The notes under the pieces are model-generated. The model was not told where the DNA came from, made no database searches, and saw only the letters and a list, made by a program, of their open reading frames with translations. The position numbers and the translations under genes were made by a program. A DNA stretch of 63,240 nucleotides, filler included, from Intoshia linei (Eukaryota; Animalia; Orthonectida): assembly GCA_001642005.1 (NCBI GenBank). It is 8 parts of 8 records of this genome, joined end to end, with 100 filler letters (N's around TTAATTAATTAA, not from the genome) between each part and the next. Parts side by side here need not be neighbours in the genome. Positions count along the whole stretch, not along the records: positions 1 to 30,193 come from LWCA01000367.1; 7 more parts are not named here. One strand, written 5' to 3'. Positions 13,183 through 26,500 of the stretch are shown piece by piece. Position 1 is the first letter of the stretch. Each line of letters begins with the position of its first letter.

Positions 13183-15349
13183 TAGGGTGTTAACTTTTGA
13201 CACTTTTTGTTGAATTTGAAAAAGTATTTTACTGAACATTGGAAATGTAATTTAGAACATAAATATCCAAGAAAAAATTCCAAAGTCTGTAATTTATTCC
13301 ACCTGAAAATTTTTAAATCTTTTTAAAAAAACTAACTTTATTTAAATTTATTAATTACAATTATTGAATTTAGACAACAGTTTTAACTCCAATTTTTCAT
13401 CTGTTTTAACTGTTGATCTTATAATTTCCATTTGGACAAGAGCTCGTTCCGATATTTCGTTGGTATAAATTACCTTCATGGGTTTTAACTTTACATTTTA
13501 ATGTCGTAATAGACATTGACTTGCGGTAACATATTTTTTCCATTTAAATAATTCGAAAGTTCATCCCAATCGGCAACTTCGGAATATCTAGTATTAGTTT
13601 TATGATAATTTTCGATATATAAAATAATATTAATAATTACCTACAATTGAATAAGCATTTTATCAAATATGAACAAATAAAATCACATGCCGCGACCATC
13701 TTACGTCTCTCATTCCTAAGAGATATGCTTTAATAGCGTAAATTGCCTTTGTGTTCCATCTTGATTGGATATAGGTCCTGGATATTTTTAATGATATTTT
13801 TGGATTTTTTTTTCAGATGGTTGAGTTAAGTAAGCATTGGTGAGATCATATAACTCCAAATAATCATTTCTCCATATACCTTCAATATTAATGATATTTT
13901 TAATGTTTGTTGTTTCAACATAGTTATCTTTAAGGTTTTCAAAATTTGTTCGAACAAATGCAACAAATGGGAAGTTTATATTTGGACCTTCTGTGTCATT
14001 TTAAATATATATTTAAGAGTATATTTGATAATTAGACCCAGAACGTGAAAGCGGCAGCTTTCATATATAATTGATTCATTTAATGATTTAATTGTAAGCA
14101 TTGCTGTCCCATTTTTCTTTCCTGAATTAACATACGTTGTATCACATATAATCATTTTGATTCTATGTTGAATATTGTACTCTTTAAGTATTTCAATTAT
14201 GGTCTCATGCATAGTTTTACCTTTTATATTTACTAATGTTTTTAGAAAAATACAAAGGGATAATCTTTTATCTATATTACTTGACACACATACAACAAAA
14301 CGCTCCACATATTTATTCAAGTTTTGATAACTTGGGGTCCTTTTTCCGTCAAAATATAGAAATAAATTATTTTTAAATAATGTACAAGTAATGTAACATA
14401 TTTTTAATTTTAGGCTTTATCATATTTAATTATTTAATTTGTGCCTTGAAAATGCAACTTTTAGATGGTACATCTATTTCAGTTCCAATTGAAATTATTT
14501 TCTTGGCTTTACGAACGGAAACATTTGTAGATAATGAGGATTTAGCTAACTTCTCACATTTTATTGATTTATTTGTAGAAACTTTATGGAGAGGATAATA
14601 ATTTTTATCGGAAGAATTGTCTAATATGGTTCTACTTTCGATTCAAAACGGAAATCAAAATTTTTTTGTTGTAATGGTTGTTGAGTTTGTAAATTTGATA
14701 TGCAAAAACTACTAGAACACGCTCCACTTTCTCCATGAGAATCAATTTGCATTTGAAGAAAATTTTCATCTTCGTCAATTTTCATTTTTTTATAGTTTAT
14801 CATTAATATGTTATCCCAATTTTGTTTAAATTTTTGATGATAGTTCGGATTTTTTAGATAGAGCGCATACTTGTTCATTAAATTTTTAAGTTTGACTTTT
14901 ACTAATCCTAATGTAATCGGTCCCAGAGTGCACTTCATCCATAAAGAATATAGTTCTATTGCAGTTTTATCACAGTAATAAGATTTTTGTTGTGAGTTAT
15001 TTTTCATTTCTAAAAAATGATATCTTCCCATTACTTTTTTTATAGTAGGCAATCTTGATAAATTACTAAGCGGTTCATTAACCACTACTCCATAAGGACG
15101 CGTCCACCTCATTCTTTTTTTGAATACTTCATTTTTGGATCTCGACATTTCAATATTATATAATTAATTATAAGATTAATAAATAAATAAAATAGTGTAA
15201 TAAAGTATAGTTCACATTTTTAAAAATAAAATTATCAAGTGTTTTTAATTTCAATGAAATAAATTAAGTTTCACATATTCGTTATCAGTGCATAAAAACA
15301 CACCTATATGCAAATATACTTTTCGATCTTTAAAAAAGTGGACACCCTA
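13183..15349 (-). mobile_element. hATm-like DNA transposon with frameshifted DDE transposase
   Basis: TAGGGTGT termini at both ends; 8-bp flanks TTATATAT/CTATATAT. ORF 15148-14621 plus downstream pieces carry YFDGK, ICDTT..NSGKKNG, CRFH and TNEISERAL. Confidence 0.8.
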
Positions 15350-15662
15350 CTATATATACTACTACAGGCAGTACCAATATCCACGGTGGAAATGTACGTT
15401 TTAATAAACGATAATTTTTATTTGTGTATAATAATTATTTTTAATACAATTGCTACAATTTTGTTTGAAAGTTTGTTTATTATCTGTTTGTTAAATTCAT
15501 CTAACTTTGAAATTTCTCAATCCACAATCAAGATTAGTCACATTCGATGGGAATCTAAACATATCATTTTACATTAAAATCATTAAGAAACTTGTTGGAA
15601 AATGTATAATTGTTTTTCAAACAAGTTTGAATCAAGTTAATCTTTGACATTGAATATTATTA

Positions 15663-16340
15663 ATGAAAGAAAAATCAGATATAGACTATATATTACTCGA
15701 CAAGACATATTCCCAGCATGCTATGGTACTACTTTTGGAAAAAAAATTGGAAAACGTCAAATTAATAAATCTAAATCTTTATGAATTGACGATTGATATA
15801 TTCGATCGAATGTTAAAAAATGTCGAAATTAAAGAAATGGTTAAATCTATGACTAACGTTTTGGTAAAAGGAAAGGATAATTTTTTAAAAGACTTGTACG
15901 CTATTGAACATAAAACCTACGATTCAATCTGTACTATATTTGTACTTTATGCATTTAAATTAGCTCATTATAATGATATGATGTATATTATAGATAATAT
16001 GGATAACGCTATGATTGATAAAGTTTGTAATTTTTTATTCAATTTAAATGAACATTTTTTGGATATTGCCACATGTAATGATGTCAAGTTTTTTAAATAC
16101 TTTTTATATTTGGAAGGATCGTCAACTTTATTTTACAGCTTTGAATATTTGCAATCTAGGTTCATTAATTTAGTTGATAAAATTAAAAAACTTCATTCTA
16201 AAACTACAGCGAAAACGTATCCTTATTTTATTCTTTTTTACATAATTTATAAAAGAATGGGACGTGATAATTTTGAATCTTTGTGCGTTAATAGCAAATT
16301 TAATTTACATTATTTGAAAGTTTTTGATAGCTATAAATAG
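15663..16340 (+). CDS. 225-aa ORF of unknown function; possibly the intact part of a decayed multi-exon gene
   Basis: A 678-nt ORF is unlikely by chance in DNA this AT-rich. Helical, globular-looking composition; no motif recognised. Confidence 0.5.
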   Translation: MKEKSDIDYILLDKTYSQHAMVLLLEKKLENVKLINLNLYELTIDIFDRMLKNVEIKEMVKSMTNVLVKGKDNFLKDLYAIEHKTYDSICTIFVLYAFKLAHYNDMMYIIDNMDNAMIDKVCNFLFNLNEHFLDIATCNDVKFFKYFLYLEGSSTLFYSFEYLQSRFINLVDKIKKLHSKTTAKTYPYFILFYIIYKRMGRDNFESLCVNSKFNLHYLKVFDSYK

Positions 16341-16684
16341 TTCTATTATAATATTTTATTATTAAATGTATTTTTATATCTTATGTTGTATAATTTAAAA
16401 CAGGTATATTTAATGGTTAAATTATTGATTTTTCAAACTGAGAAACTTTATGATTCATTTGAATTTCAAATATGATGGAATCTTGTTCAGCGATTGTTAA
16501 ATTATTTCATTAGACTCGAATGTTACCGGAATGATCAGCAACAAATTTAAGGTAGAACTATCCACAAGTTATATTTATCAATTCAATAAACTCTTAGAAC
16601 ACTGTAAAATATATAGAACTAGTTTTACTGATATGTATTTCGTTTCAACAACAACAACAATGTGAATGACTTTAATTTTCTGAA

Positions 16685-18900
16685 TCCTTACTTATGTAAT
16701 ATGCTTTGCAATATTTGTTTGTGTTACCGTTCATTTCAATAACTACCAGTCTTAGAATTTTATAAAGGCCACATTTCAATTAGTTTTTTCCGGGTGTTAG
16801 TTAGATAAATTTGATCCTCTCAAATTCACATATTACGGGTCAAAAAGCCCAATTGTCTTTTTTTTGAAAATCAAACGAGTTAGAGAATTCAAAAAAATAT
16901 ACACTCTGATACAGATTTTAAAATTATATCTACAGTCAGATCTGTATATATTGAACAACTAATATGGTGAACATTAAAAATTATTTTGTTAACAAAAAAT
17001 CCACTTTATATAGAAGTATAGTGAACAATACAGTAATGAACGGTGAACATTTTTCAAAATGAAGGTAATATTCCATTTTTGTATAATCTGATTGTAATTT
17101 GAATCAATTAATATGATTAGCACTTTATTTTTACATTATATAATGAACGATAAAAAGCGTAAAAATTTGTCAATTGGAGAAAAAATTATTCTCTTTCAAG
17201 ATAAGATCATCCGTAATAGAAGCTTTATTAAAACCTCTAAAATAGATGAAAAACTATTTGAATGGATTGAATTTAAAAGGTTGAAACATTTTATTTTATC
17301 TGACGAAATGATTAAAACAATGGCTTTAAAATTGAAGATTTTAAGGCTTCAAATTGTTGGATTAGTTCTTTCAAAAAACGTCATTGTCTTGTTTCGAAAA
17401 AAATTATTGGTGAAGAGAGGCTTGTTGATCCTACTCTAATTGAAAATTGTAAGAATATTTACATAAAAAAAATTGCTAATTATAACCACAAAAATATTTT
17501 TAATTGTGATGAATCTGGATTGTTTTACAAATGTTCTTCTAACAGAACGGTAACATTATCGAATGTAGATAAAGCATGTGGTAAGTTCAGCAAGGAACGT
17601 ATAACTATACTATTCTGTGTAAGCATGTTAGGCGAGAAGTTAAAATTATTAATTATTGGAAAATCTAAAAACCCTAAAGGTTGTAAAAATTTAGATTTTG
17701 AAAAATTAAATGTTTTCTATAAAAGTAACAAAAAATTGTGGATGAAATTAATAATTTTTGAATCATGGTTCACATTTAAATTTATAAATGAAAAATGAAG
17801 ATCGAAAAATTCTTTTAATTCTAGACAACGCAACTATTCACTTAAAATGTACTCAATATTCGAATGTAAAGTTGTTTTTTCTACCTCCGAATACGACTTA
17901 TAAGATACAACCACTCGATCAAGGGATTATACACTTGTTCAAGGAGCAATAAAAACGCATTATTAACATGATTATACTTATTGAAATAGAAAACCCAGAA
18001 TATGAAGATCTGGATTATCAAAATTTATTAAAAAAATTCAAATTATACAAATGTATTTCGTATTGGCGTATTGTATAGGCCTTTTAAAGGTATTTTCAGA
18101 GACCCTTCGTAGAAATGTATAATAAATTGTTTCAAAAAAGCATTTATAAATTCAAAAATTAGTACATTGGTATATCGAGATGATGCCATAATCGATAACT
18201 AAGCTATAGACAATAACGAATTAGAATCTAACCCGATAAATAGTAACTTAGATGATGATTTTCCAGTATATGATACAACAATAACTACATATGAGGTATT
18301 CCTTCAAAATATTAATCTAGATACCGACAGTGACGTCGAATCGGTTGAATCAAATGACTCTCAGACTCCAATTGAAACGACAATACATACTTACGAAGCT
18401 CTATGTATTTCTAAACAGTTGCAACAATGGTACATTGAAAATTATCCGAATGGAATTAATAATATATTTAAAGTGATAAATGATATAATATCGGAAAAAT
18501 TGTCGAGACAATATAAAATAATTGATTATTTTTCTACATTAAAAAAAAATTTAAAACATTGAATATAATTTTAAAATTTTAATTAAAATTGTTAATTTTA
18601 CTTAGTATTTTCGTGAATATTCGGTTGTATTAATATACTATTTTCAAAAATATTTTGATTCGATCAAACTTTTTTATGACGCTTCAAGTGGAAAAATCAC
18701 CATTTTAAGGATAATAAAAAGTTCACTATAAACTCTATTATGAACATCGATATTTTTTCTATGTTAGTGTTCAATATATACAGTTCTCACTGTATTATCA
18801 TCAATTTAAATTTAAAAAAATTTATATCTTCAGGGCCAAAACCCAAAATTACCTTATTTTTTTTAATGAAAACTTCTATTGATAATCCTAGCAATTTCAG
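16685..18900 (+). mobile_element. Helitron-like family A copy interrupted by a Tigger insertion
   Basis: A|TCCTTACTTATG start. Family sequence resumes collinearly after 18794 (AATTTAAATTTAAAAAAATTTATATCTTCAGGGCCAAAACC). Confidence 0.7.
16933..18792 (+). mobile_element. pogo/Tigger transposon with frameshifted transposase
   Basis: TIRs CAGTCAGATCTGTATATATTGAACA / rc CAGTGAGAACTGTATATATTGAACA with TA TSD. CENP-B HTH, IFNCDESGLFYK, KERITILFCVS, LILDNA, LPPNTT..QPLDQGII. Confidence 0.92.
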
Positions 18901-19917
18901 ACACGTTTTGATTCGCCAAAACTAATTGCGTGATTTTTCGTTTTTCATTATCATTCAATTTTTTTCCTTTATACATACTGTTAAAAATGATGCACTATAA
19001 AAGAAAATTAAATAATTACCTGTTTAATTAAGCTTTAATTTATAATTAATCAAAATTTTGGGACACTTTTTTCCAATACAAAAATGGTATTTAAACTTTA
19101 TTTAGAATTTCATACAAATTAAATCAGCTTTTATGGTAAGTTATTATATAATAGGATGTATAATTATTTTATACACCATTTATAAAAAAACAAATATATT
19201 TAAATGATTTTAATAACTATTTATATAATATTTTATGAATGTCCCAAACTTTTTTCTAGCAGTGTATGTCGTTTTCGTTATACGTTTATTAATATAATCC
19301 TTTATGCTGCAGAGATCCGAATCAAAGGACAAATTACATAATACATTTTAGGTCTTTTTTATGCTAAATGACGATTCTTGAGCCATTTCTATTACATCTA
19401 ATAGAGATAAATATGTACATTTTTGATCAAATCATTGTCTAATCCAAGTTGGTTGACAGCTGCTTTAGCTCGATTTATTATTACTCCACTACCAACTATA
19501 CCATCAACAATGCATTTGATTTTTGGAAGTTTTTCTACATAATATTTGCTAGCTGTTAATCATGTACCCCATCTAGTTATAATAGGTACGGGGGATAGCC
19601 AATATTATAAAAGAGTTTTAACTGCTTATTTTTTAATGTTAAAAATTTCAGACTGGATATTAATTCATTTATAGTCGAATATTTTTGCCTAATTTTCATA
19701 TTGCAATTATGATTTCAACTGTTCAGTTATTGATGTATTGTATCTAAATTTTATTGTATAATATATAATGTATAATATTTAATAAATAATAATTATAATT
19801 AAACATTAAATAATAACATAATACAGTTAAATTACTATCTTTCCATTTATAATGGAAGTTATTTGTTTACAATCGATTAAATATTGATTTTTGGGTTTTT
19901 TTATGTTCCCACTAGAG

Positions 19918-21933
19918 CAGTGGTTTTTAACCGGGGTGCAAAATCAATTTTTTGGGGTGCATAGAGCTATTTTCAATTATTTTTAATTACATTAATAAAA
20001 TAATTAGTTAAAAATTAATTAATAATTAATTATTTTTCTAAATGAGTGAAATTACATAATTGATATTTTTATTATCAACAAAAAGATTAAATATAAAACA
20101 TAATTTCATCTTGTTAATTATTATTAAGAATCAGAAAATAGACGAATTAAGTAGTAGCGGAAAACTTTTACATAACAATTGACAATTAATTAACAGTTAA
20201 TAATTAACGTCATTGAATTTATTCACAATCATTTAATAATCAAATTAATTTTGTATTTTCAACTTTTTTAAGGTATACAAATTATGTATTTTAATATATA
20301 AATTATAATACAGTTTTTAACCTTTTCTAAGGATGTCTAAAAGAAGACAATGAAATAACAATTACGTATAATTTGATTTTACCTGTCGTAATGATGCAGA
20401 TGAAACTGAAAAACCTTAGTCCATTTACTTTTCGGTGTTTTATGTAGTAATAGCATAAATCAAAATATCTCCTACGTAATCATAAGAATATAAAACACTC
20501 AAACCTCATTGACAGTGGTGAAGTTATTTCTCGAAAAAGAAGACGTTTCGATATAGGTGGAACAGTTGACAATTTATCATTTTTTTTCAATATAACAAAA
20601 TTGTAGAAGCATAATATCATGTTGCTTACATGTTTTCTAAACAAAAAAAGCATCATACCATCGGAAACGTTGATCAATCCTGTAGTCTTAAAATTGCAGA
20701 ACTTCTACTTGGCGAAAAACAAAAAGGGGAACTTAAATCAATTCTTTAGTTAAAGGATTAAAAATTTAGCAGAAGTTATCGAACTTCAAGTTATGGATGA
20801 ACTTCGAAAAAGCCTAGTAAAATTTCGTTTAAAATTGAACGAATCTACTTATGTGTTCGCAAGATATGTTGTGAATGATAACATTATGGAGGAATATCTG
20901 TTTTGTGCGTCATTAAATAAAACTAAAAGAGAATTGATGCATTCAAAATAAATTATATATTAATACATTAAAATATATATAAATTTTTTTACATAGTCCC
21001 TTGATTTTTCTAGTGGCCCTTTAGGAAATATATTATACATGACTATGATAGCTTTAAATGTGATATTTGGTGAGTATGCTTAATATCTATCCATTTGTGA
21101 CTGAAATTGCATTTGAAATAATTATTACTTTTGTTACAACATAGTTTTGTGAGGCTGGATTATCTATTTTAACAAATTAAAAAAAAGAAAAAAATTAGAT
21201 GTCTGTGCCGGTATGCGAGTGAGCCTATCAAAAATAATGCGAAGATTTAGCTTACTTCTCATTTCAAAGCAACAATAACGATCCCATTAAAATGTATGTA
21301 AATAAATGTGTTTAATTGTTATATAAAAGTTTTTAAACTACTTAATTTGACTATTTTCTGAGTCTTTAACATTATATTTCAATAGTCTATTTTTGATTAA
21401 TAAATTTGGTGGTATGACCAGGGCTACTAGATTTTCCGATATTTTTCAATGGAAAATAGATAAATAGATAATATATCTACTGGATATTGCAGTAGTACTT
21501 ACAAAGCTTTTAGTGGATATGTTAGTTGACACGTTTTCATTTTTATAAAGGTTTGAAGTAACTACAGACGGGGTCGTAGAGAGGGTCATATGTCCCGTGT
21601 CTACAATCATGAGGGCCTACTTTTTTAATTTATTAATAGATATTGATGAAAAATTTCTTAAGTATATCATAATTTCGATAATTAATGCGATTTCCAATTA
21701 TTATTGTTCCATTCCATTCCATTAAATCTAATTACTTAATTAATCACCGCAACGTCGTTACTTACTTTTTTCAAAAATGGTCTTTTAACTCTTGGTTTGC
21801 ATTTAAAAATATATCTAGTCCACATGGTATGTCTTTAAAAATATCAAAATTTAAAAACGATGTGACACCCTAGTGCACAGTCATTAAGATCAATATTTGG
21901 GGTGCATAGGTCAAAAAAGGTTAAGAACCACTG
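19918..21933 (+). mobile_element. Buster/Charlie-type hAT transposon, internally deleted
   Basis: TIRs CAGTGGTTTTTAACC / GGTTAAGAACCACTG; perfect 8-bp TSD CACTAGAG. Transposase remnants include ARYVVNDNIMEEYLFC, FVTT*FCEAGLS and MRVSLS. Confidence 0.9.
21749..21872. repeat. Right end of a dispersed MITE family B (…GATGTGACACCCTA), also at about 34904-35025 and 47320-47415
   Basis: Three similar segments end in AAATTTAAAAACGATGTGACAC(C/T)CTA or a close variant, i.e. a TAGGGTGT-like terminus in reverse complement. Confidence 0.6.
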
Positions 21934-23377
21934 CACTAGAGTGTTAATATATTTATTTCCATTTAAATCCGTTTCATCCATTACAATAAATATATATATA
22001 TTCATTCATTGGATTAATATGTACGTATTTTTTCTATTTCTTAATTATACAAATTATCCACTCTGCCACGACATGAACGTTCAGATGGCAATGTTTTACC
22101 CATATTATTAGTTTATAGAGTGGAATATCCGCAGATATAAATGCCTCCAAAATTTAATCAGTAAAGTCATGACATTTTTAAAAATTTAGGTAGAAGAGGA
22201 GTATCATTTGACAATCTGTCTTTTTTTGTGTTTCTGTGAACTTTAATAAAGCGCATTTTTTCATAGAAAACAGTGCAATTGCAATGTATACAACTCAGTG
22301 AATTATCACTTCTATTGAATTCATGAAGATACAAATTCATAATGTTGTTAATTTTGAAATTAGGAGATTTTGTATTTTTTGGCATGCTAAATGAATGTTC
22401 CATCATTTCGTGATTATCAAAATTTTACCTGTAAAAGTGAAACTTTTAGAATGAAATAGAAGTGTTTATTTTCAATTTCAATTTCAAAAAAAATGACTTT
22501 ATTAACTTTATAAAATTTTAATTAGCTAATTAATAAACATAATATTGGTATGATCATGCTTGGAATTGCATGCTAATTAACATATAAAAAATTAAATGTA
22601 TTAACTTTTGCTTGCCCTAATTATAATACATTGTATTTGTAAATTTAATTTTTCAGTGATCTCCAGTTTGCTATATCGGCTCTAGTCACATACTAATCAC
22701 TAATTGAAACATACTATTTACTATTTACTATTACTATTATTATATACTATTATTTAATCATGTCCCGTCCAAAATATAAATAACCTTAAAAGTCTATTTA
22801 CATTAAACTTTATTCATTTGTGTATTTAATTATAATTTATCGTATTTAGTTATTGGTGTGAAAATTAGAAATGAATTCCCTATACATGATACTTATATTT
22901 ATTATGCTTTGTTTTTGTGTATTCTACGTTGAAGGTATCATTTTATCGATGTAATTAATGTATTTTATAGCAAGTGGAGTATGTAAGTACATATTATATC
23001 AATATTTCATGTAAATTTTAGACGGTTTGCCATTTGTTTGTAATTTAAGAGTTTAAGAACTGATAATATATACTTAAACGTGAATAATTATACGTGAGGA
23101 ATAAAATAAATGTCATTTTAGGATGTAAAATTTATTAAAATTGTAAATTTGTGTATTGATATGATATCAGTGTCAGTTACTTTATATATCAATGATATTA
23201 CAAAGAGAAACTACACATTTTTCGATTCAAATTAATTAAGAGTATGTTGTTACAAATTGTTGTATTACAAAAAGTGTATACAAATAACATAAAATTAACA
23301 TAAGCCTTTTTAACTTGAAAGTCTCTTTTTTTAAATTGAACATATATTTTTTAATTTCAATCGAAAAAGGTATAGAC

Positions 23378-23586
23378 TAGGGGTGTAAAAATCAATTTGC
23401 TTGGCGGACCAAATATAAAAAAAAATTATTACGCAAATGGCCCACATTTTTTGACTTCAATGTGATTTTTGATGTTTATATTGATTAATAAAAATTTAAA
23501 AATATATAATTTACATATTTACTGAAAGACCACAAAAATTATTATGTGGCCACTTTTGCCCGCGGCCTATTGGTTGTCGACCCCTG
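23378..23586. mobile_element. hAT-type MITE; a related partial copy lies at about 61553-61640
   Basis: TAGGGGTG…GTCGACCCCTG termini with GC-rich subterminal motifs; partial TSD GTATA. Confidence 0.6.
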
Positions 23587-26500
23587 GTATAATGTACCAA
23601 ATTAGATATATGACATAAAATTATTACTATTAACTATGATTATCTTGGTTAATATAATTCATTATAACTTATAATCAATATATGTTAATATTTGTAGCAA
23701 GTAAGTAGTGTTGTGACTTAGTTAATGAATAAAAAAAAATTATTAGTGCAAGTGTACATGTACATGTATACAATTGTATATGTGTACAATATTATAAACA
23801 ATTGTAAACAATATACATGTTCAATAAGATTGTAGATGCATAGTGTGTACACAATACTAAATAAATTAGTTAAAATTGCATTAATGAATTATTAAAATAT
23901 AGGAGGTATTAATATTATAAAATTGAAGGAATTAATAAGGTAGTGTTTATAAATCGGGGTACTAAGATTATTATAATTAACTCAACTTCATACTCCATAC
24001 GTTAGATTAAATTAAAAATAACCTAATGTACATTGTACGTTAAGTAATCGATTATTATTTTTCATCCATTCCATCAGAAACATTGGTAGGGTTTTTACTA
24101 GAAAATGTCTAGATTTCAGGGTGATAGGATACATACTCAAAAAGGTTTAGAACATTAATTTAAAAATAGTTTTTAATAATAATGATAATTATCATGACAT
24201 TATATTAAGAGAATATATTTAAATGACGTATTGAAATGCAGGATGTAAATTTTACATAAATATAATATATATTTTAGTTTTATGGCGATAATGAATTTAA
24301 CATAATCATAGGGGTTCAATTCTCATATTTTTCTAGTAATGTTCATTATCCAAAGATAGTTTTGTGAATTTTAATTAATTTCAATAAGATTGGCTTATTA
24401 TATTTATACGAAGCATATATCGAAAGCTACTTTTATAACATCACATAAAGTATATTAATTTTAATCGAAATAAATTAATACAAGAGCCCTAAAATTTACA
24501 AAAACCTTATTTCATATATAGTTCTTCGAGAATGATGTTTTCTCGCCAATTTCACTGTCAAAAAATGATACATTCACAGTAAAAAACCTTAAATTATCTT
24601 TTTTCTTATAAAAAATGAAATTAATCGTATAATTAAAAAAAACAACATCTTGCAACATTTTTAAACTCATCAACATTATCGTAAATCTCAATTTCGAAAC
24701 ATATTTTTTTGGGTCAAAACCCCATACCTTCCCATTTTTACAATAAATCACAGCTAATATGTTTTTTCCATTTATCACACCCAAAAATATCAATATTACA
24801 TAGTAATGCCTTTAGACTTAAAAAATTACTTATCATATAAAAAATATTCATTTTTTATCATTTCATTTGTTCATGAAAGTGTACGTTTATGAGATAGCTA
24901 TATATGATACTGCTTATGAGCTTAAAAACTATTCCGGAATGTAATATTTGATAAACTTCCGGATATATTCTAATTTAAAAAAAAGTAATTTGAGTTTTGA
25001 ACATAAAGGAGTCAATTTCTGAAATTAAAGTTGCGTTAAAACATCACCATCAAAAAATTATATCAGAAATTGGGGTTTTTTAAGTTCTAGGACTTTTAAT
25101 TTTTGAAATAAACGGACAGACACACTATCGGAGATGCAATTTTATATTAATGTAAATTCTAAGTAAAATATTGTTACTGCAAATGTGTGTGTGTTATTTA
25201 TTATTGAAACAACAGACTATCTCAGAAATTTTAAAACAAAAATTCAAAGTCAGTTTTTTCGGCGCAGAAATCAAGATAAATTTGAAGCCGAAAAAAGACA
25301 AAAAACTAAGTCCTAAAATTTTAATAAGGACAACATCTAACACAGGTTTTTTCAGGTAATGTACACACAAAAGTTAAATATCACAAAGTCACAATAAATA
25401 CGTCCAGTCATGTAGAGTACGGCTTCGCTGGACCGAGCTGTTGAAAAATGTGGTCAGCTTAATCTATGACTACTGTAATTTATTCTGAGAAAGTCGAATG
25501 TGTTTGTATATATTTAGTTGTCATTGCAAAAATAAAAAATCTAGAAACGTTTATGTGCTAGAGTCGCCATTGTTAAATATTATTATTATAATTGATGCAA
25601 AACGCGTATGAATAAGTTTTTATTTTCATTTATAGATGGTAAATATAAATAAATTTATATAAACTTTTATTTTTTCAATGTAAATATTGGTTTCTCTAGA
25701 TTTATGGTTAACCCCAAACCTTATGCGTCAATTAAATATATTTTAATCATTTAAATTAAGAGATTTCACAGTTAAATGTAACCTCTTTACTAAAAGCCCC
25801 TTCTGGGTGATGGGCTTACAAAATTTATATAAATCTATTCATATGGCGTATCATTTTTTAAAATCACAATAATTTTATGACTATGAAGTGAAAATACGTA
25901 TCCTTTCATTTTGACATTTTATTTTAATGATGTGAATAAATACCAAATTTTAATTTTAATATAATATATGAATTAATTAATATAAATTTATAAAAACGGC
26001 AAGAACTTAGTTTCTAATTTAATATAACATCTTTGAATTGATAGAATTGTATTGATTTACCCAAAATAGTTACATTCAACTTTAAACTTCTATAATTAAA
26101 TATAAAATTACAATAATGCAATAACCAACCATTATTGACTTTTCAATATTTTTTAATAGTAAAAACATGTATAAAAAACGTACGACATATTTTAAATATT
26201 TCTTTAGGACGTAATTAATAAATATATGATATTGGTATATCACCGTCTAATATACAATATATGTATTATGTCTGTTAGAAATATGTGTAATATGTATTAG
26301 ACTCTAATAATTAGAGTATATATTAGTGTAGTACATTTTGACATTAATACATATTAATATCTCTTTTTGTATATTAATTAGACTGTGTATGCAGATTTTT
26401 AAGGTTACATTTTAATTAATTTAATTAAAAAATATAATTATTAGTTTGTAAATTATATAACTGAATTATAATTAAACAGAAAAAGCAATTTTAAACATTT

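Larger units (their letters stand above)
19380..22620 (-). mobile_element. Decayed CGGBP1-like (hAT-related) transposase split by a Charlie insertion
   Basis: Zn-finger-like EFNRSDNSLSCIHC..H (ORF 22406-22167), then EAFISADIPLYKL, LPSERSCR, MDETDLNGNKYINTL|VGT across the insertion, and PVPIITRWGT*L near 19590. Outer limits approximate. Confidence 0.7.

Noticed and set aside
23750-23835. GTACATGTAC-type palindromic run
   Set aside because: Low-complexity purine-pyrimidine sequence with no defined boundaries.
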